Assembly: GCA_028023455.1 (NCBI GenBank)
Contig: JAQFVV010000002.1
Coordinates: 10,354,001 to 10,418,000 of the forward strand
DNA length: 64,000 nucleotides
Reading direction: 5' to 3'
DNA from: Epiperipatus broadwayi
Taxonomy: Eukaryota > Animalia > Onychophora
In this document: in pieces, positions 26,476-39,075 of the stretch
How positions within the stretch are numbered: position 1 is the stretch's first letter
Layout: every line of letters begins with the position of its first letter
The notes under the pieces: generated by a model
Database searches by the model: none
Told to the model about the DNA's origin: nothing
Seen by the model: only the letters and a program-made list of their open reading frames with translations
Position numbers and translations under genes: made by a program

Positions 26476-28045
26476 AAATGTTAATGTAAATGAGTTATAA
26501 ACTAATAGTTTTCTGGATATGCAGATTAATTAAAAAAAACAAGCTAGAAATTAATTTTGAAAAATAATAAAGAATCGGAATGCTTGTATAAAATTAATAG
26601 CTTTCATATTTTGGTGAGAATAAGTATATAAAGTCAGAACATCAAAAATCATTCTACTGACGAACGATTATTCAAACTTAAGTTTCTTCCTTTTATCTTA
26701 TGTCTTCTTTATACACTGATAAAATTGTAAACTATCAGATCGATCAAGCATAAAATAAGCATTGTTATTGTGATAAAAGGAAAGTGCATTTATTAGCTTC
26801 TGAAAAATAAACTTAATGCTTAGTTATCACAATAGAATAATAATTTTATAATACTTAAAATAATTTGCTGTCATTTAGCATTTGAGTACAAGAAGTAAAT
26901 GGTTGAGTTCTGACCAGGGATCTTTAGCTTTCGAGTCTTAAACTACTCAGAACCTATATTTGCTTGGTTGCAAGCTAATGTTTAATTTAGAATAGCCTTC
27001 TAATGGTAGACATGGAGCAATTAATTATAACTTGTGAAATATTAAGAAAGAACAATCAATGGGAGCTAATGTGTAAGGTTCAATAATTTTTTTATGTATT
27101 TATTGAATACATTACCATTAAGTTTTTGAAAGATAAGATTTGCAACTATATATAATACAAGAGTTCATGATCAATGCTTGTTTTTGGAAATCTCTGTCAA
27201 AAGATTAGAAGAGGCTTTCTATTATATTTTAAACTTGAAAAAAAAACTTCCCATTTAGTCTTTACATTTGTATTTGAGAGATAAAGTCCAGTCTTTTTCT
27301 AAAAGAATCTGATGATGATAAGTTCCACATTACCATCTAAGAAATAAAATTTATGTTAGAGAAGGTTTTTAAAATCAGTTTTAGTTCATTGACAAATTGT
27401 TGCCCATTGTTTAATAAAAACAAATTAAGTTATAATGAATTAATATTTTTATACATTTAGAAGAAATAGTATTTGTCTCTAAGAAAATGAGTAATTGAGA
27501 TCATATTTCTTAGAAAAGTGAATAATAAAAATAGTCATTGGGTTAATGCACAAAACAAATATTTAAGTAAGACATTCCATCTCACTTTAAAAGTGAAAAT
27601 CACATGTTTATATGAATCACCAAAAGAAGTCTATCAAACAAAATGATACTGGCTGCCATAATTTGAATGGTCTATAATGATATTTTTTTGATTCTATCAT
27701 TTCTCTACCTGGGTGAATCATAACTGCAAATTATTAAAATATTTTGTGACACAGAATCATCTCATAATAGAAGTATTGTTTTTAAATAATGTATTATTAT
27801 TTCTTAAATGCTCCAACTTAAAATGACATTATATATCTACTATATCTCATTTAAATATTTTTGATCCATGATGGTTCAATAAATCACATCAATGATTAAA
27901 AACCATCATTTTCTGCCAACAGATTTTAGAGAAATTGGGGCTTCTCATGAGTAGTAGTCTGATATTCTTCTAGAAATTATTCCTGTATCATATAATTCTA
28001 TTTTTTATAAAACATAAGAAATACTTGGTTAAGTAATGGACACAT

Positions 28046-28146
28046 GTCTTGCATTGGTGGTCGAGAGTCAGCGTGACTGCCTTGCACTTGCAGGCAGTTG
28101 CCCGGGTTGCAGGTTCGCATCCCAGCCGATGCTATGACACTTTATA
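28046..28146 (+). mobile_element. Full-length ~100-nt tRNA-Gly-derived SINE with 15-bp TSD
   Basis: GCATTGG...CCGATGC acceptor stem, CTGCCTT..GCAGTTG-CCCGGGTT..GGTTCG as in tRNA-Gly. Direct repeat AAGTAATGGACACAT at 28031-28045 and 28147-28161. Confidence 0.85.
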
Positions 28147-28729
28147 AAGTAATGGACACATATTGTAATAATAGAGATAACATGATTGTTTTCATTGTTT
28201 AATCAACCATAATAAGTGGGGAGGGATAAGTTCTCTGCAATCAGAACTGACAGCTATACAAAAATATTTTTGATAAATATGAATATCAAAACAAATAAAT
28301 TAAATACTTTATCTTTTTATGTTCATAAGTTTGAGCGACAGAAAGATTTTGCACTCCAGAGTTCACTATTCAACCATTACAGCAACTTATATCGTCAGAC
28401 TGTTGAAAACAATATATAAATATATATCCTATATTATGAATAAGCAGAAAAATATTTTTTATTTACAAAAAAGAAACAAAAATGAAAACATGTTTAGACA
28501 AGTAAAATTTTAAACATTTTTAAATTAAGACTTATCACAAATTTTCATTATCATTTAGAATATTTTTATATATAAAAATATAAGTTGATAAATTTGTGTG
28601 CTTATATGTATATCAATCAATGTTTATTAAGATAATAAAATATTAATGTAATGAATTATTTAAATTAGTATGTTTTAATTAGTTAAATATTGAGGTACAA
28701 TAATTTTCATTTATAAACATACTACATCT

Positions 28730-29084
28730 TTTCTATTTGTCTGAAGGTTTGTAATGATGGTATATTATTAGATGTGATATGTTGGACTATTTCCATCATC
28801 TATGAGTGAATGTTGAATGTATAGAAAATTTTAAACTTTCCAAATATAAACAACTTGTTAGTAATAACACACAAGTAGACAATACTGGATAGTAATTACA
28901 CATTTTGAGTAGTAGTATTTTCCACTCTTCTTCAGGTGTTGCTGGCCTATATATACAGTGACAATATTCATTTAGAAGTTGAACTCGCACCTTTAGATTC
29001 TTGAATAACGAATTTAAGGCAAACGCTTTACCCTTGACAGAATAGCTCTGTTGGTAGACTGTTTGCCTTAAATTCAATATTCAA
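28730..29084 (-). mobile_element. Family-C element: tRNA-like head, hammerhead-like core, terminal fold-back
   Basis: Homologous segments at 25750-25880, 31740-31830, 54320-54390 and 55381-55620. A-box-like TAGCTCTGTTGGTAGA at 29043. 29001-29032 is the reverse complement of 29053-29084. Confidence 0.7.
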
Positions 29085-30671
29085 TAATTATTTTTAATAA
29101 TGTTTTTCATTGGCAAACTTATCTTGTAATAAATAAATTAAAAATTATGGAAAATAGTATAGAATGACGATTTAATGGTTAAAATGAAATGTTGCAAATA
29201 TAATACAAATGACTACTAACGATTGTCAAAAAAGAGCTTAAAGGACTTTGTAGTGAAAATGTTAAAATTTAAAATGACCAAATGAAAACTGCAATACTAT
29301 TTATAATTTAATGAATAATTTCTAAAATCTAATATACTTTTTTCATCCATCATAGTTTGATGAGACAACTACAGTTTTTATGATTGATATTCAATAAATT
29401 AGACAATACTTTTTTTTTCTATCACATAAAAACTCACATAATCACATTGTTTCTTAATACTTCACTTTTTTTACTAATGAAAATAGTGTGATCATCATCA
29501 AAAAACACTCATAAATAAATATCACCATTCTAACTCTAGGAAAAAATAATATAAAATAGAAAGGTAAAAAAATACAGAAACAAGAATATGCTATTGCAAT
29601 AATTAAATAATGTAAATGTTGTTGCACCTATACACAATTCGATTATCACTTACTTTAGAAATGAATGATGATATAAGAGTTATGATGTGCAAGTTTTATA
29701 TTAATATACATGACTGAAGACCATAAGATAAGAACAAAACTAAGAGAGAGTGGAGAAAGAGCAAAGAAAATCTCCAGTCAAGACTGCATTAGAAATAGTG
29801 ATTTGCCTAAATAACCAAAATATTATTCTACTAAGTAATAAGCACCACTTTGTATTAGTTATTCATAATTATCACTCATATCTGATAGTAATGAATGGTG
29901 GAATGAGTTATAATAATGGTAAGTATAAATACTCTATCTAAAATTTTATATATACTGTTTACATACAATGTTAGAGACAGTAATTATGAGTTTCATTATT
30001 TTAATTTTCTTTATTAAACTTTCAATTTATCTATTAGCAATATTATAGAAGTCACAGGTTAATCTGGATTATTCAAATAAATGTTGATGTGATGTAAAAA
30101 TTAAAAATACAATTGTAATATGATGTAACCATTGAATCAATAGATTACCTTTTCCTTTGGTTTTGAAGATGTTAACATCTAATTAAATTATTAGAAAAAA
30201 ATTCTGATAACCAGAAACTTTGTTAAACGATTAAAAACAATTTATGAATTGTTCACCAAATAAATTAAACTTAATTTTCTGTAGTTTTCACTTTTTTTTA
30301 AAAGATTGGAATATGCCATTTTATTATAAATATTTTTTTACAACTAAAGGTTTTCTATTCAAAAAAATATTTAGATCTCACTATAAAATTATTGAAAAGC
30401 AGTAATTTATATCAGTTTATTGTAAAAGTTTGTTTTTGTATATATAAGACCATCTAAGTTTAATGTTTGTTCTTATCCCATTTTTAAGTAAATTTCACAA
30501 ATATTTATTTTATTAAATAGTTGCCTCTTCCCCTTTTTTTGTGTATGATTCAATGATAGTTTTAACTTTAAATACTCACTATATATATTGCCACCCACAA
30601 TAAGCTAGAGTAATCAATGGATGCCAGAAAGTTTGTGCATAAAATCCCCATCTAGTGCCTACTCATCCAAT

Positions 30672-30713
30672 ACCCCCAGACTAGTTTCTGGCTTATGGCC
30701 TTTGTCAGTGAGA
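30672..30713 (-). ncRNA. Family-A hammerhead ribozyme copy, core mutated (G8A)
   Basis: TCTCA-CTGACAA-AGGC-CATAA-GCCA-GAAA-CTAG-TC-TGGGG. Confidence 0.65.
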
Positions 30714-31222
30714 AGCCTTGGATATTAAAGCACTGCATCTAGATCTTAGGATCTAATGCAACCCTCCAGCAACCATCTTTTATCTCCATTTAACTACAAA
30801 ACTATGAGTCTTAAATTGAAAACACCTAATGTTTTCAATCCTAGCCCATTAGCTTATATAGTCATATGGGTCTGAACCCAGTTTAGTACCCATACATTTT
30901 GGTGTTTTTGGTTCTTTAATAACCATAGCCACTACTATCCTATTAGGCAGGATTGGTTTTAAGCCAATAAACATCACATGACTACCTCCTCTTATGCTTG
31001 TGTATAACTGTTGTTAAAACAGGCAAAACTCACTATATATATTGTGCCACACACAACAAGCTAGAGTAATCAATGGATGCCAGAAGGCTTGTGCATAAAA
31101 TCGCCATCTAGTGCCTAAAAAAGGCAAAACTAACTATATATATTGCCACACACAACAAGCTAGAGTAATCAATGGATGCCAGAAGGCTTGTGCATAAAAC
31201 TCCCCATCTAGTGCCTACTCAA

Positions 31223-31261
31223 TCATTGACGAAGGGCATAAGCCAGAAATTAGTCTGGGGA
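31223..31261 (+). ncRNA. Family-A hammerhead ribozyme copy, core mutated (C3U), truncated in stem I
   Basis: TCA-TTGACGA-AGGGCATAAGCCA-GAAA-TTAG-TC-TGGGGA. Confidence 0.6.
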
Positions 31262-32496
31262 TATTGCATGAGTAGACACTAGATGGGGATTTTATGCACA
31301 AGCCTTCTGGCATCCATTGATTACTCTAGCTTGTTGGGTGTGGCAATATATAAAGTAAGTTTTACCTGTTTTAACAACAGTTATACACAAGCATAAGAGA
31401 AGGTAGTCATGTGATGTTTATTGGCTATTAACTTTAAATACCAACATCTATGGCTGCACTAAATTTTACATAATTGATTATAATTATATTTGTTATTTAA
31501 ATCCTTTATTTAAATAAACCTCTTCTACAACTTCTTTTATTTTACTTAATTAGCTAATCATTTAATTCACTTTAAAATTTTACACATTTTTTTTAATATA
31601 TTGTCTGCACAAAGGCAAGTAAAAAAAGTTGAGTAGTAATTATATGATTGAGATTTTCTATTTTTTAGTTTAATTAGTAAATGTTTTTTTAATTAAAAAA
31701 TTAAGTTTTATTTATATTTTTTTAAATACATTTAATTATTAGTAGTAATAATACACACTCGTATAAAATAAAACATTTTGAGTATTATTCTCCTCTGTTT
31801 TTCAGGTGTTACTAGCCTAAATAATGATACTTAGCATAGGAATTAAACTGATGGAGTTATGATAATATTCTAATTAACTAGGCTACTCATTCTATCAAAG
31901 ATAACAATCCGTAAAAATTTTATATACTTATATATATGAGGGTTACCTGATTTCTCAATTTTTTTCTTTTAAGTGCAATTGTTAATACATAATTTCCAAA
32001 TACTATGTATTATCATACTAGACTGACTTTGTGTCTTTATCATGTGAGAAGCTTCATTAATTTTCTTTATATTTTTATCTCTCTTCTCAATACTCAAGTA
32101 TTTTCCCATTGAAACATATTACATAATTTAATACTTTAGAATCTCTTATTTTCTTTCTAATGATTACTTTGTATACTTTTGATAATTATTTTGGAGCAGT
32201 ACACGTGCTTTTATGATGTGTTTTTTGCATTTCAAATTTAGATTTTATAGAAGTCAGGATTTTTAATAAGAAGCAACAGCTTTGGAAAGCTGTTTTGATA
32301 TTGAATGCATTTTTTTTAGTTTGTTTGCAATTCTTGATATGTATGGATAGGTTACGTTACTCATATTTTTATTTGTGAATCTTTTTTGTCGTTTGTTTAA
32401 CATATCAGATAGACATATTTAGAAAAGTGGAAAGTTAGAATTTTTCCAAAAAACATTTAACAATTTGCCTAGGTGATGAAAAATTAGTCCAACATG

Positions 32497-33010
32497 TCAT
32501 CATCATCATCATTATCAACCATTATCAATCCACTGCAGGATGAAGGTCTCTCCAAGTTTAATCCATCTTCTCCGATCTTTAGCTTCTCTTCTCCACATCA
32601 CCCCTGCACACTTTCTTATTTCATCCATCCATCTCACATGTGGTCTCTTTCTGGGTCTTTTACAATCTCTTGGAATCCAGTTTAAAAATTTCAATTGTCC
32701 ATCTATTATCATCTATTCTAGCAATATGTCCAGCCCAACTCCACTTCAATCTTTTAATTTTTTCAATGAGGTCAGTAACACCTGTTTGTTCTCTTACCCA
32801 TACATTGCATTTTCGATCTCTTCTTGTTATTCCCAAAATACATCTCTCCATACTTCTTTGAGTGGTCTGAAGTCTCTGTATCGCTCTTCTATTGATGGTC
32901 CAAGTCTCAGATCCATAAGTAAGAACTGGTAAAACACATTTGTTAAAAACCTTCCTTTTCAAACACATAGGCATATTTCCTTTTAGTATCAAGTTATTTC
33001 TACCAACATG
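32497..33010 (-). mobile_element. 5'-truncated RTE-clade LINE 3' end with (ATG)n tail
   Basis: ORF track: LKRKVFNKCVLPVLTYGSETW..TQRSMERCILGITRRDR..KWSWAGHIARIDDNRWT, then after one frameshift WIPRDCKRPRKRPHVRWMDEIRK..GETFILQW; trinucleotide tail at 32497-32515. Confidence 0.9.
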
Positions 33011-34279
33011 TAACTGTAATTAAGTACTATGAACAAATAAATTATACCATTTGATCATCATCATTGATAATTTGCATTTCTTGACACCTTTGTAATACTA
33101 GTATCACAATTTTAGAGCTCCATTATATAAATTTTAATTAATTCTTATACTATTTAGATCTTATTACATTAATAAATTTATATTTCTTTATTTTCCATTT
33201 TCTAAAATTATCATATTAGAAAAAGATAAAACAACCATTAGAAACAGGGTAAAGTCTTTTTTCAATAGTCTTCTCAAAAAGAAAGTTGAAAGAGACAATC
33301 TTTATGGTATAATGCTTAGTGCATTCTTTGCCATGTCCATGATTTGGGATTTGGATTTAGGCTGAAAAAACAACAACATTTTTTTATGTTTCAAACAAAC
33401 ATTACTTTTATTTCAGATAGCTGATTTATAGTATTGTTGATTAGAAAATGGATGTCCAAATATCTTAGCTAAAGATAAAACAAGGATTAAAAAATCATCA
33501 CTACCCAGAATCTGGAAGTCTGGTGACTAAGACCTTTTTAATACTGTTTCATTGATCTATTAGCTATTAACTGATAAAGTTTTGACTTTTCTTTATTTAT
33601 TTCTATTATCTACAGCACATATCTATATATATATTTTATTTTAAATATCTGCTATTTTACTTCTATAAAACTATCCGTAAAATTGCTTAAAAAGCAAATC
33701 TGTTTTTAGGTCTACATTTAGGAATACATTTGCATTCTTACATTATTTATAATGTTTATTTTTGCTTAATTCCCTAATCTTTTTCATATATGAATAAATG
33801 CTTCCTTTATGATTTTTAAAGTGTGTGTTTATTTCCACATATAATTGCAATCTTGAGTCCTCAATACATTCTGAGCTATATATCTTAAATAAACTAGAAT
33901 TAAAAATCTGTGACTTGAATGAAATTGTGTTTTATATGCTTTGATATAGATATAATGTGGCACCCTTATTCTGCACCTCAAGACTTAGGAACTGTGGCCC
34001 AATTCTGCAATTTCCACTGTCTTAAACTTCTTAGAATTCTTGAATAATAAACTATTTGATTATTTTTTTAAGTGAAACTTTTAGGCTCAATTTTATGGTA
34101 GGATACTTGATTGTCACCTGACATTCCAAGCAAAAAAATCATATTATGATTATTATTAAGTAGCATTTTATTTCAGTTTTGCCATTTAATTTACATTTGA
34201 GTAATCAATAACATTAATAAATCCCTATTGAATGCTGACCAATCCAAATCCCTAGACTAGTTGCTATTTTTTGGCTTTT

Positions 34280-35467
34280 GAAATATATGAATTTTTTTCC
34301 ACAGGGGCAGGCTTTTTCATGCCTTCATTCCAATATGTGATATATAGAGAGTTTGAACTCAGGCTTTCACACAACCCTCAACTACCCTTTTTATCTCATA
34401 CTGCTGACACACTTGATCACACAAATGTCAAAAAATAATCACTAATAACCGTATTTTATGCTGAACCAGCTCTCGTCAGTTGGTCCATATTATCATCTCC
34501 CCACATATATACAATCAATGCTCCACTTATACTAAGATAGCCAATCTTTATACTTTAATGAACAGGCTTCAACCCACTCTGCTCTACAACTCTTCAGCCA
34601 TCCATTTCATTGAAAATCTAATGATGGGATGCTCAAAGCCCACGTTGGTGCCAATCTTCTCATCCTACCCAGGTTGACCATAAGTTACTCTGACCCCTCA
34701 TGTATAGGACATAATCCATTTATATACATGTATGAGGAATGGGCAGACCTTACAACAATATATTTTAATATATGAATTTTTTTCTACAATACAGGCTTTT
34801 TCATACCTGCACTCCAATATGTAATATATAGGAGTTTGAATTCAGACTTTCACGTGATCTGCAACTATCCATGCTATCTCATACTACTGACACACTTGAT
34901 TATACACATATCAAAAATAATCACCAATGTTAGTATTTTGTGCTAAACCAGCACTCATCATTCAGTCCAGATTATCATCTCCATACATATATACAATCAA
35001 TGCTCAGCTTATAGTAAGATAGCCAATCTTTATACTTTAATAAACAGGCTTCAATACACTCCACCCTACAACTCTTCAGCCACCCATTTCATTGAAAATC
35101 TGATGATGGAATGCTCAAAACCCACATGGGTGCCAATCTTTTTGATCTGTCTATCTCTCATACATGTATGTAAATGGATTGGGTCCTGTACATGAAGGGT
35201 TTTTGAGTGACTTATGGTTAACATGGGTAGGATGAAATAGATGGCTGAAGAGTTGTAGGGTTGAGTGGATTGGAGCATGTCCATTTTATCTTAATATAAG
35301 CTGAGCATTGATTGTATATATGTGTGGAGATGATAATCTGGATCAACTGACAAGTGCCGGTTTAGCACAAAATACAAAAATTGGTGATTATGTGTGTGAT
35401 AAGTGTGTCAGCAGTATGAGATAGCGTGAATAGTTGAGGGTCGTGTGAAAGTTTGAGTTCAAATCCC
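34280..35467. mobile_element. Family-B cluster: two direct copies (~483-bp period) plus a third inverted copy
   Basis: gtttgaactcag at 34351 and 34834; 35135-35467 is the reverse complement of copy 1/2 sequence; each copy carries a degenerate hammerhead. Confidence 0.9.
35342..35386 (+). ncRNA. Family-B hammerhead motif, degenerate
   Basis: ATCAA-CTGACAA-GTGC-CGGTTTA-GCAC-AAAA-TACAAA-AA-TTGGT. The consensus with the copies at ~26.3, 34.46 and 34.95 kb restores CTGACGA/GAAA/TACGTA. Confidence 0.6.
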
Positions 35468-38400
35468 CTTTTTGGCTTTTGTTAGAGTTTTGAACATAGA
35501 TCTAATACATATGAATTTTTTGGATCTAATGCTTCTTTTTTTCAGCATTTTTTTTTATTCCCCTCCCACCTCTTTCTATTTTAATTATCAAAAAAATATT
35601 AAATCCTGGTCTAACTCTCATCATTTACAAAACCATATGCTAAAATTTCATCTGGAACATGATAGGGTAGCACTGAATATGAATTTATTAAGCACTACAA
35701 TCTGGCATTTATTGATTATTGAAGCTTACACTAGGTAGCAGAACTAGAGCAGGAGAAATTGCATAAGCAGGAGTAATGAACCATTTTGTGGATTTTAAGT
35801 TTATTGCAAAATTTTAAAGTAATCCTTAAATCTTTACAGAAATAAATCCGTTTGAATTTTTATCAATGAAAAAATATTAAGGACGAAATATTTTTTTATT
35901 TTTATCTTGTAATGAAATGTGCTTATCCCCCACCTTCCCTACTGCCGCTCTGTCTTTTATTGGCAGCTAACACTTTTTTTAAATATATATATAAATTAAA
36001 ATTTAACTTAGTCATCTTTAAATGTATTTATAACACAAATTAGATTTTTTTTTTTTAAAAAAAATCATTTTAATTACATTTATCTTTAATCAAAAGTAAA
36101 TAAAATATAAACACTTTAAATAGACACTAAATTGAATCTTTGAATAAATTAAGTTATCATTATTTATGTTATTATTACTATTTATATCATTAAACACTAA
36201 TTTAAATGGTTTTTTTTTTGTTTATAAACTTAGTTTTATTTATAAATTTGATTAGGCTTAGCAATAAAACAAATCAATTATTAATTAACTACTGAAATTG
36301 TTTGTTTGAGTAGATAAAAAAAGTAATTATTTATATTATAATTTAGATATTAGCTTCTATATTATATAAACATGCATTTATATATCATGGTAAATATGTA
36401 CAGCTATTTTAATTCTAAAAGAAGAAATAAAAGGATAGACAAGCAAAGTTAAGGTGACCACACAATTATATCCTTATATGGAGTATCTGAATTAAGTTCA
36501 GGCCCATATAATTTTTTCAGTTGGAGAGCTGACTTTAAAGACATGCAGATGTCTAAAGGCTTAGATCTTCTTCTTGAGAATTATCTTTTAGATAAATGCT
36601 TAGCTTGAGTTGGTTTTTTGAATCTAATGTCCCAACTCCTCACTGAAGAGACCCATAGATTTGAATGCCTTCTCTTGTAGTAGAATTTATCATAATAATA
36701 ATTTAAAAAATAGCTTGTTTAGAGCATTAGTATGCTCTTAAGTTTACATATTGGTAATTGCAAGCTATATATAAGTCATGTGACATCTGACTTTTTATTA
36801 TTACTATCCTTATATTGTATATTACATTCTTGTCCTTAAATCTGATATTTGATATTTTGCAAAGCTATCTTTTACCTTTAGCAGCAAACTTTTTTTTTCT
36901 AGCAAGTTTTCACTATATTGCCTACTTGTAACTTTTTATTATATTCCTTCCTAACCATATCTTTATAAAGAAAACAATCAACATTGTATCTTATTATATA
37001 TTTGAAATAATCTTTATAGTATAAAATAATCCTATGTCTTCACAACAAACTGTTTTATAAAGTCAATCATGCTTCATACTTTTAATCAAGAAAATATGGT
37101 CTTATAAAAAAAGAATATCAGCACATCCAGAAAGTTAAAGAACATATCAAAAATGATCTAATGATCTTGCTGTTGCGTTTTTAGAATATTAAAGTATATT
37201 AAATAAAAATTTTGTTATTGCATCTATATTATAATAGTAAAGGGTTTATGTTTCACTTTCTTTCAATAAATTTGAAAAAGTAACAGCTGTGTATACAGCT
37301 AATGTAGTTTAAATAAATATGTTATTGATCAAACCTGAGCTGCAAATCAATATTCAAATCCACTTTTTACTGAAAAAACTACCAAGAATTTTAAACTATT
37401 CAGCATAGTTGAAGTCTAGAATTGTTGAACTTTTTTTTTCATTATTGACTGATAGAACATCTGAATTTTTGAACATTAATCACAAATTCTTCATATGCTG
37501 CATTCAAAATATTAAGAACCTTCTCAAGATCATCCCTTGAATGGAAAAACTACAGCATTTACCAGCATACTGTAAATCAAGAAATCAAATAGACAGATAT
37601 TCTCACCTTCCAATCTATGTCACATATTGATGTCTGTTTTATGAAACTGTTTCTAAACTGTTCCAAAAACAATTTTCACAAAAATTTATTTGGGCAATTA
37701 ACTATTTTCAATATTATTTCAAATCTTATTGATTAACTGTATCAAATCTTTGACCAAATTGATGAAAATAAAATTAGAATCACCAATGTTTTTTTCCATG
37801 GAGAGACAAAAGTATAGATATAATAGTATTTGATTCTAGGAGCATTTCCATAGAGATTAAAGCCTTGGACTATGTCATATTCAGAAGAATATTTATCAAA
37901 ATGCAATTAAATTACATGATGACCCTAAGAAGATTAACAATGAGAATGATGTATAGCAAGGCGACTTCATATCCAAAATATTTCAGAAGTTTTTCAAGAA
38001 ATAGTTTTGCATATTTAAAATAAGAAACTAAGGCAATAAAAATATATGGAGATTATTTAAATCATCTAAACTTTGCAGATAATGTGGTTGTTTTTGTAAA
38101 TAATGTTTTTCAGTCAATGTTGTAAGAGTTATCAGATGAAAGTAAGAAACTAATACTAAAGAGATTAAAATAATATTTTATAGATTTTTTTCAGAAAAAG
38201 AAAATAAAGTTTAGGAATTAGAAAAAAATAACAATTACAAATATCTTGGTCAAATTATTATTATAGATGGGGACATAATAGATGAAATTAAAAGCAGAAC
38301 TAAATATGAATATAATATTTTTGGTAGAAATGATTAATATTAAAACATGCCTTTGTATTTAAAAAGGAATGTTTTAATAGATGTTTTTACTTATGAATCT

Positions 38401-38718
38401 GAGAATTGAATACTTATTAGAAGAGGAACACTGAAATATCAGCCCATTTGAAAAAGTATGGAGAGTTTATCTTGGAAGCAACAAAAAGAGAATAAAAATG
38501 AAATACATGAATGAGAAACTAAACAGATATCAGTAGTAGGAGTGTTGATAATAAATGAACAGTTTGAATCTTAGACTAAAACTGTATGCCAAGTAATTGT
38601 AAATATAAACAAAGCAAAACTCTCCATACAGTATTGCCACCCTGTGCCAACCAGAGTAATCAATGAATGCCAGAAGGCTTGTGCATAAAATCCCTATCTA
38701 ATGCCTACTCATCCAATA

Positions 38719-38760
38719 TCCACATACTAGTTTCTGACTTGTGGCCATCGTCAGTGAGGA
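38719..38760 (-). ncRNA. Minimal type-I hammerhead ribozyme, intact core
   Basis: TCCTCA-CTGACGA-TGGC-CACAA-GTCA-GAAA-CTAG-TA-TGTGGA; one U-U mismatch in stem I and one G-U in stem II. Confidence 0.7.
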
Positions 38761-39033
38761 GCTTTGGATCTGAGAGCACTGCACCTAGATCTTAGGATCT
38801 AATGCAACCCTCCAGCACCCACCTTTTATCTCTACTTAACTACAAAACTATGAGAATGAAATTGAAAACACAAAAATATTTTCAATCTAAGCTCAATAGC
38901 TACTTAGATTGAACATATTTTTGTGTTTTCAATTTTATTCTCATAGTTTTGTAGTTAAGTAGAGATAAAAGGTGGGTGCTGGAGGGTTGCATTAGATTCT
39001 AAGATCTAGGTACAGTGCTCTCAGATCCAAAGC

Positions 39034-39075
39034 TCCTCACTGACGATGGCCACAAGCCAGAAACTAGTATGGGGA
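39034..39075 (+). ncRNA. Minimal type-I hammerhead ribozyme, intact core
   Basis: Stem I TCCTCA(39034-39)/TGGGGA(39070-75); CTGACGA 39040-46; stem II TGGC/GCCA with CACAA loop; GAAA 39060-63; palindromic stem III CTAG; GUA cleavage triplet ending at 39069. Confidence 0.8.

Larger units (their letters stand above)
30574..31426. mobile_element. Family-A cluster: three direct partial copies plus one inverted copy
   Basis: ctcactatatatattgcca..agctagagtaatcaatggatgccagaagg.ttgtgcataaaa..catctagtgccta starts at 30574, ~31028 and ~31130. The reverse complement spans 31223-31426. Confidence 0.9.

Noticed and set aside
27309-27362. CTGATGA...GAAA followed by a palindrome
   Set aside because: No proper stem II closure, no stem I, H17 = G; probably chance.
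28051-28133. Functional tRNA gene
   Set aside because: Disrupted D arm, duplicated anticodon loop, extra T-arm block and a flanking TSD indicate a retroposed SINE.
32494-32932. Plus-strand ORFs of 63-130 aa
   Set aside because: Antisense shadows of the RTE coding strand.
35088-35125. Plus-strand CTGATGA..AAAA-CCCACGTGGG motif in family B as a second hammerhead
   Set aside because: The cleavage triplet would end in G and there is no adjacent stem I; the real motif is on the opposite strand.
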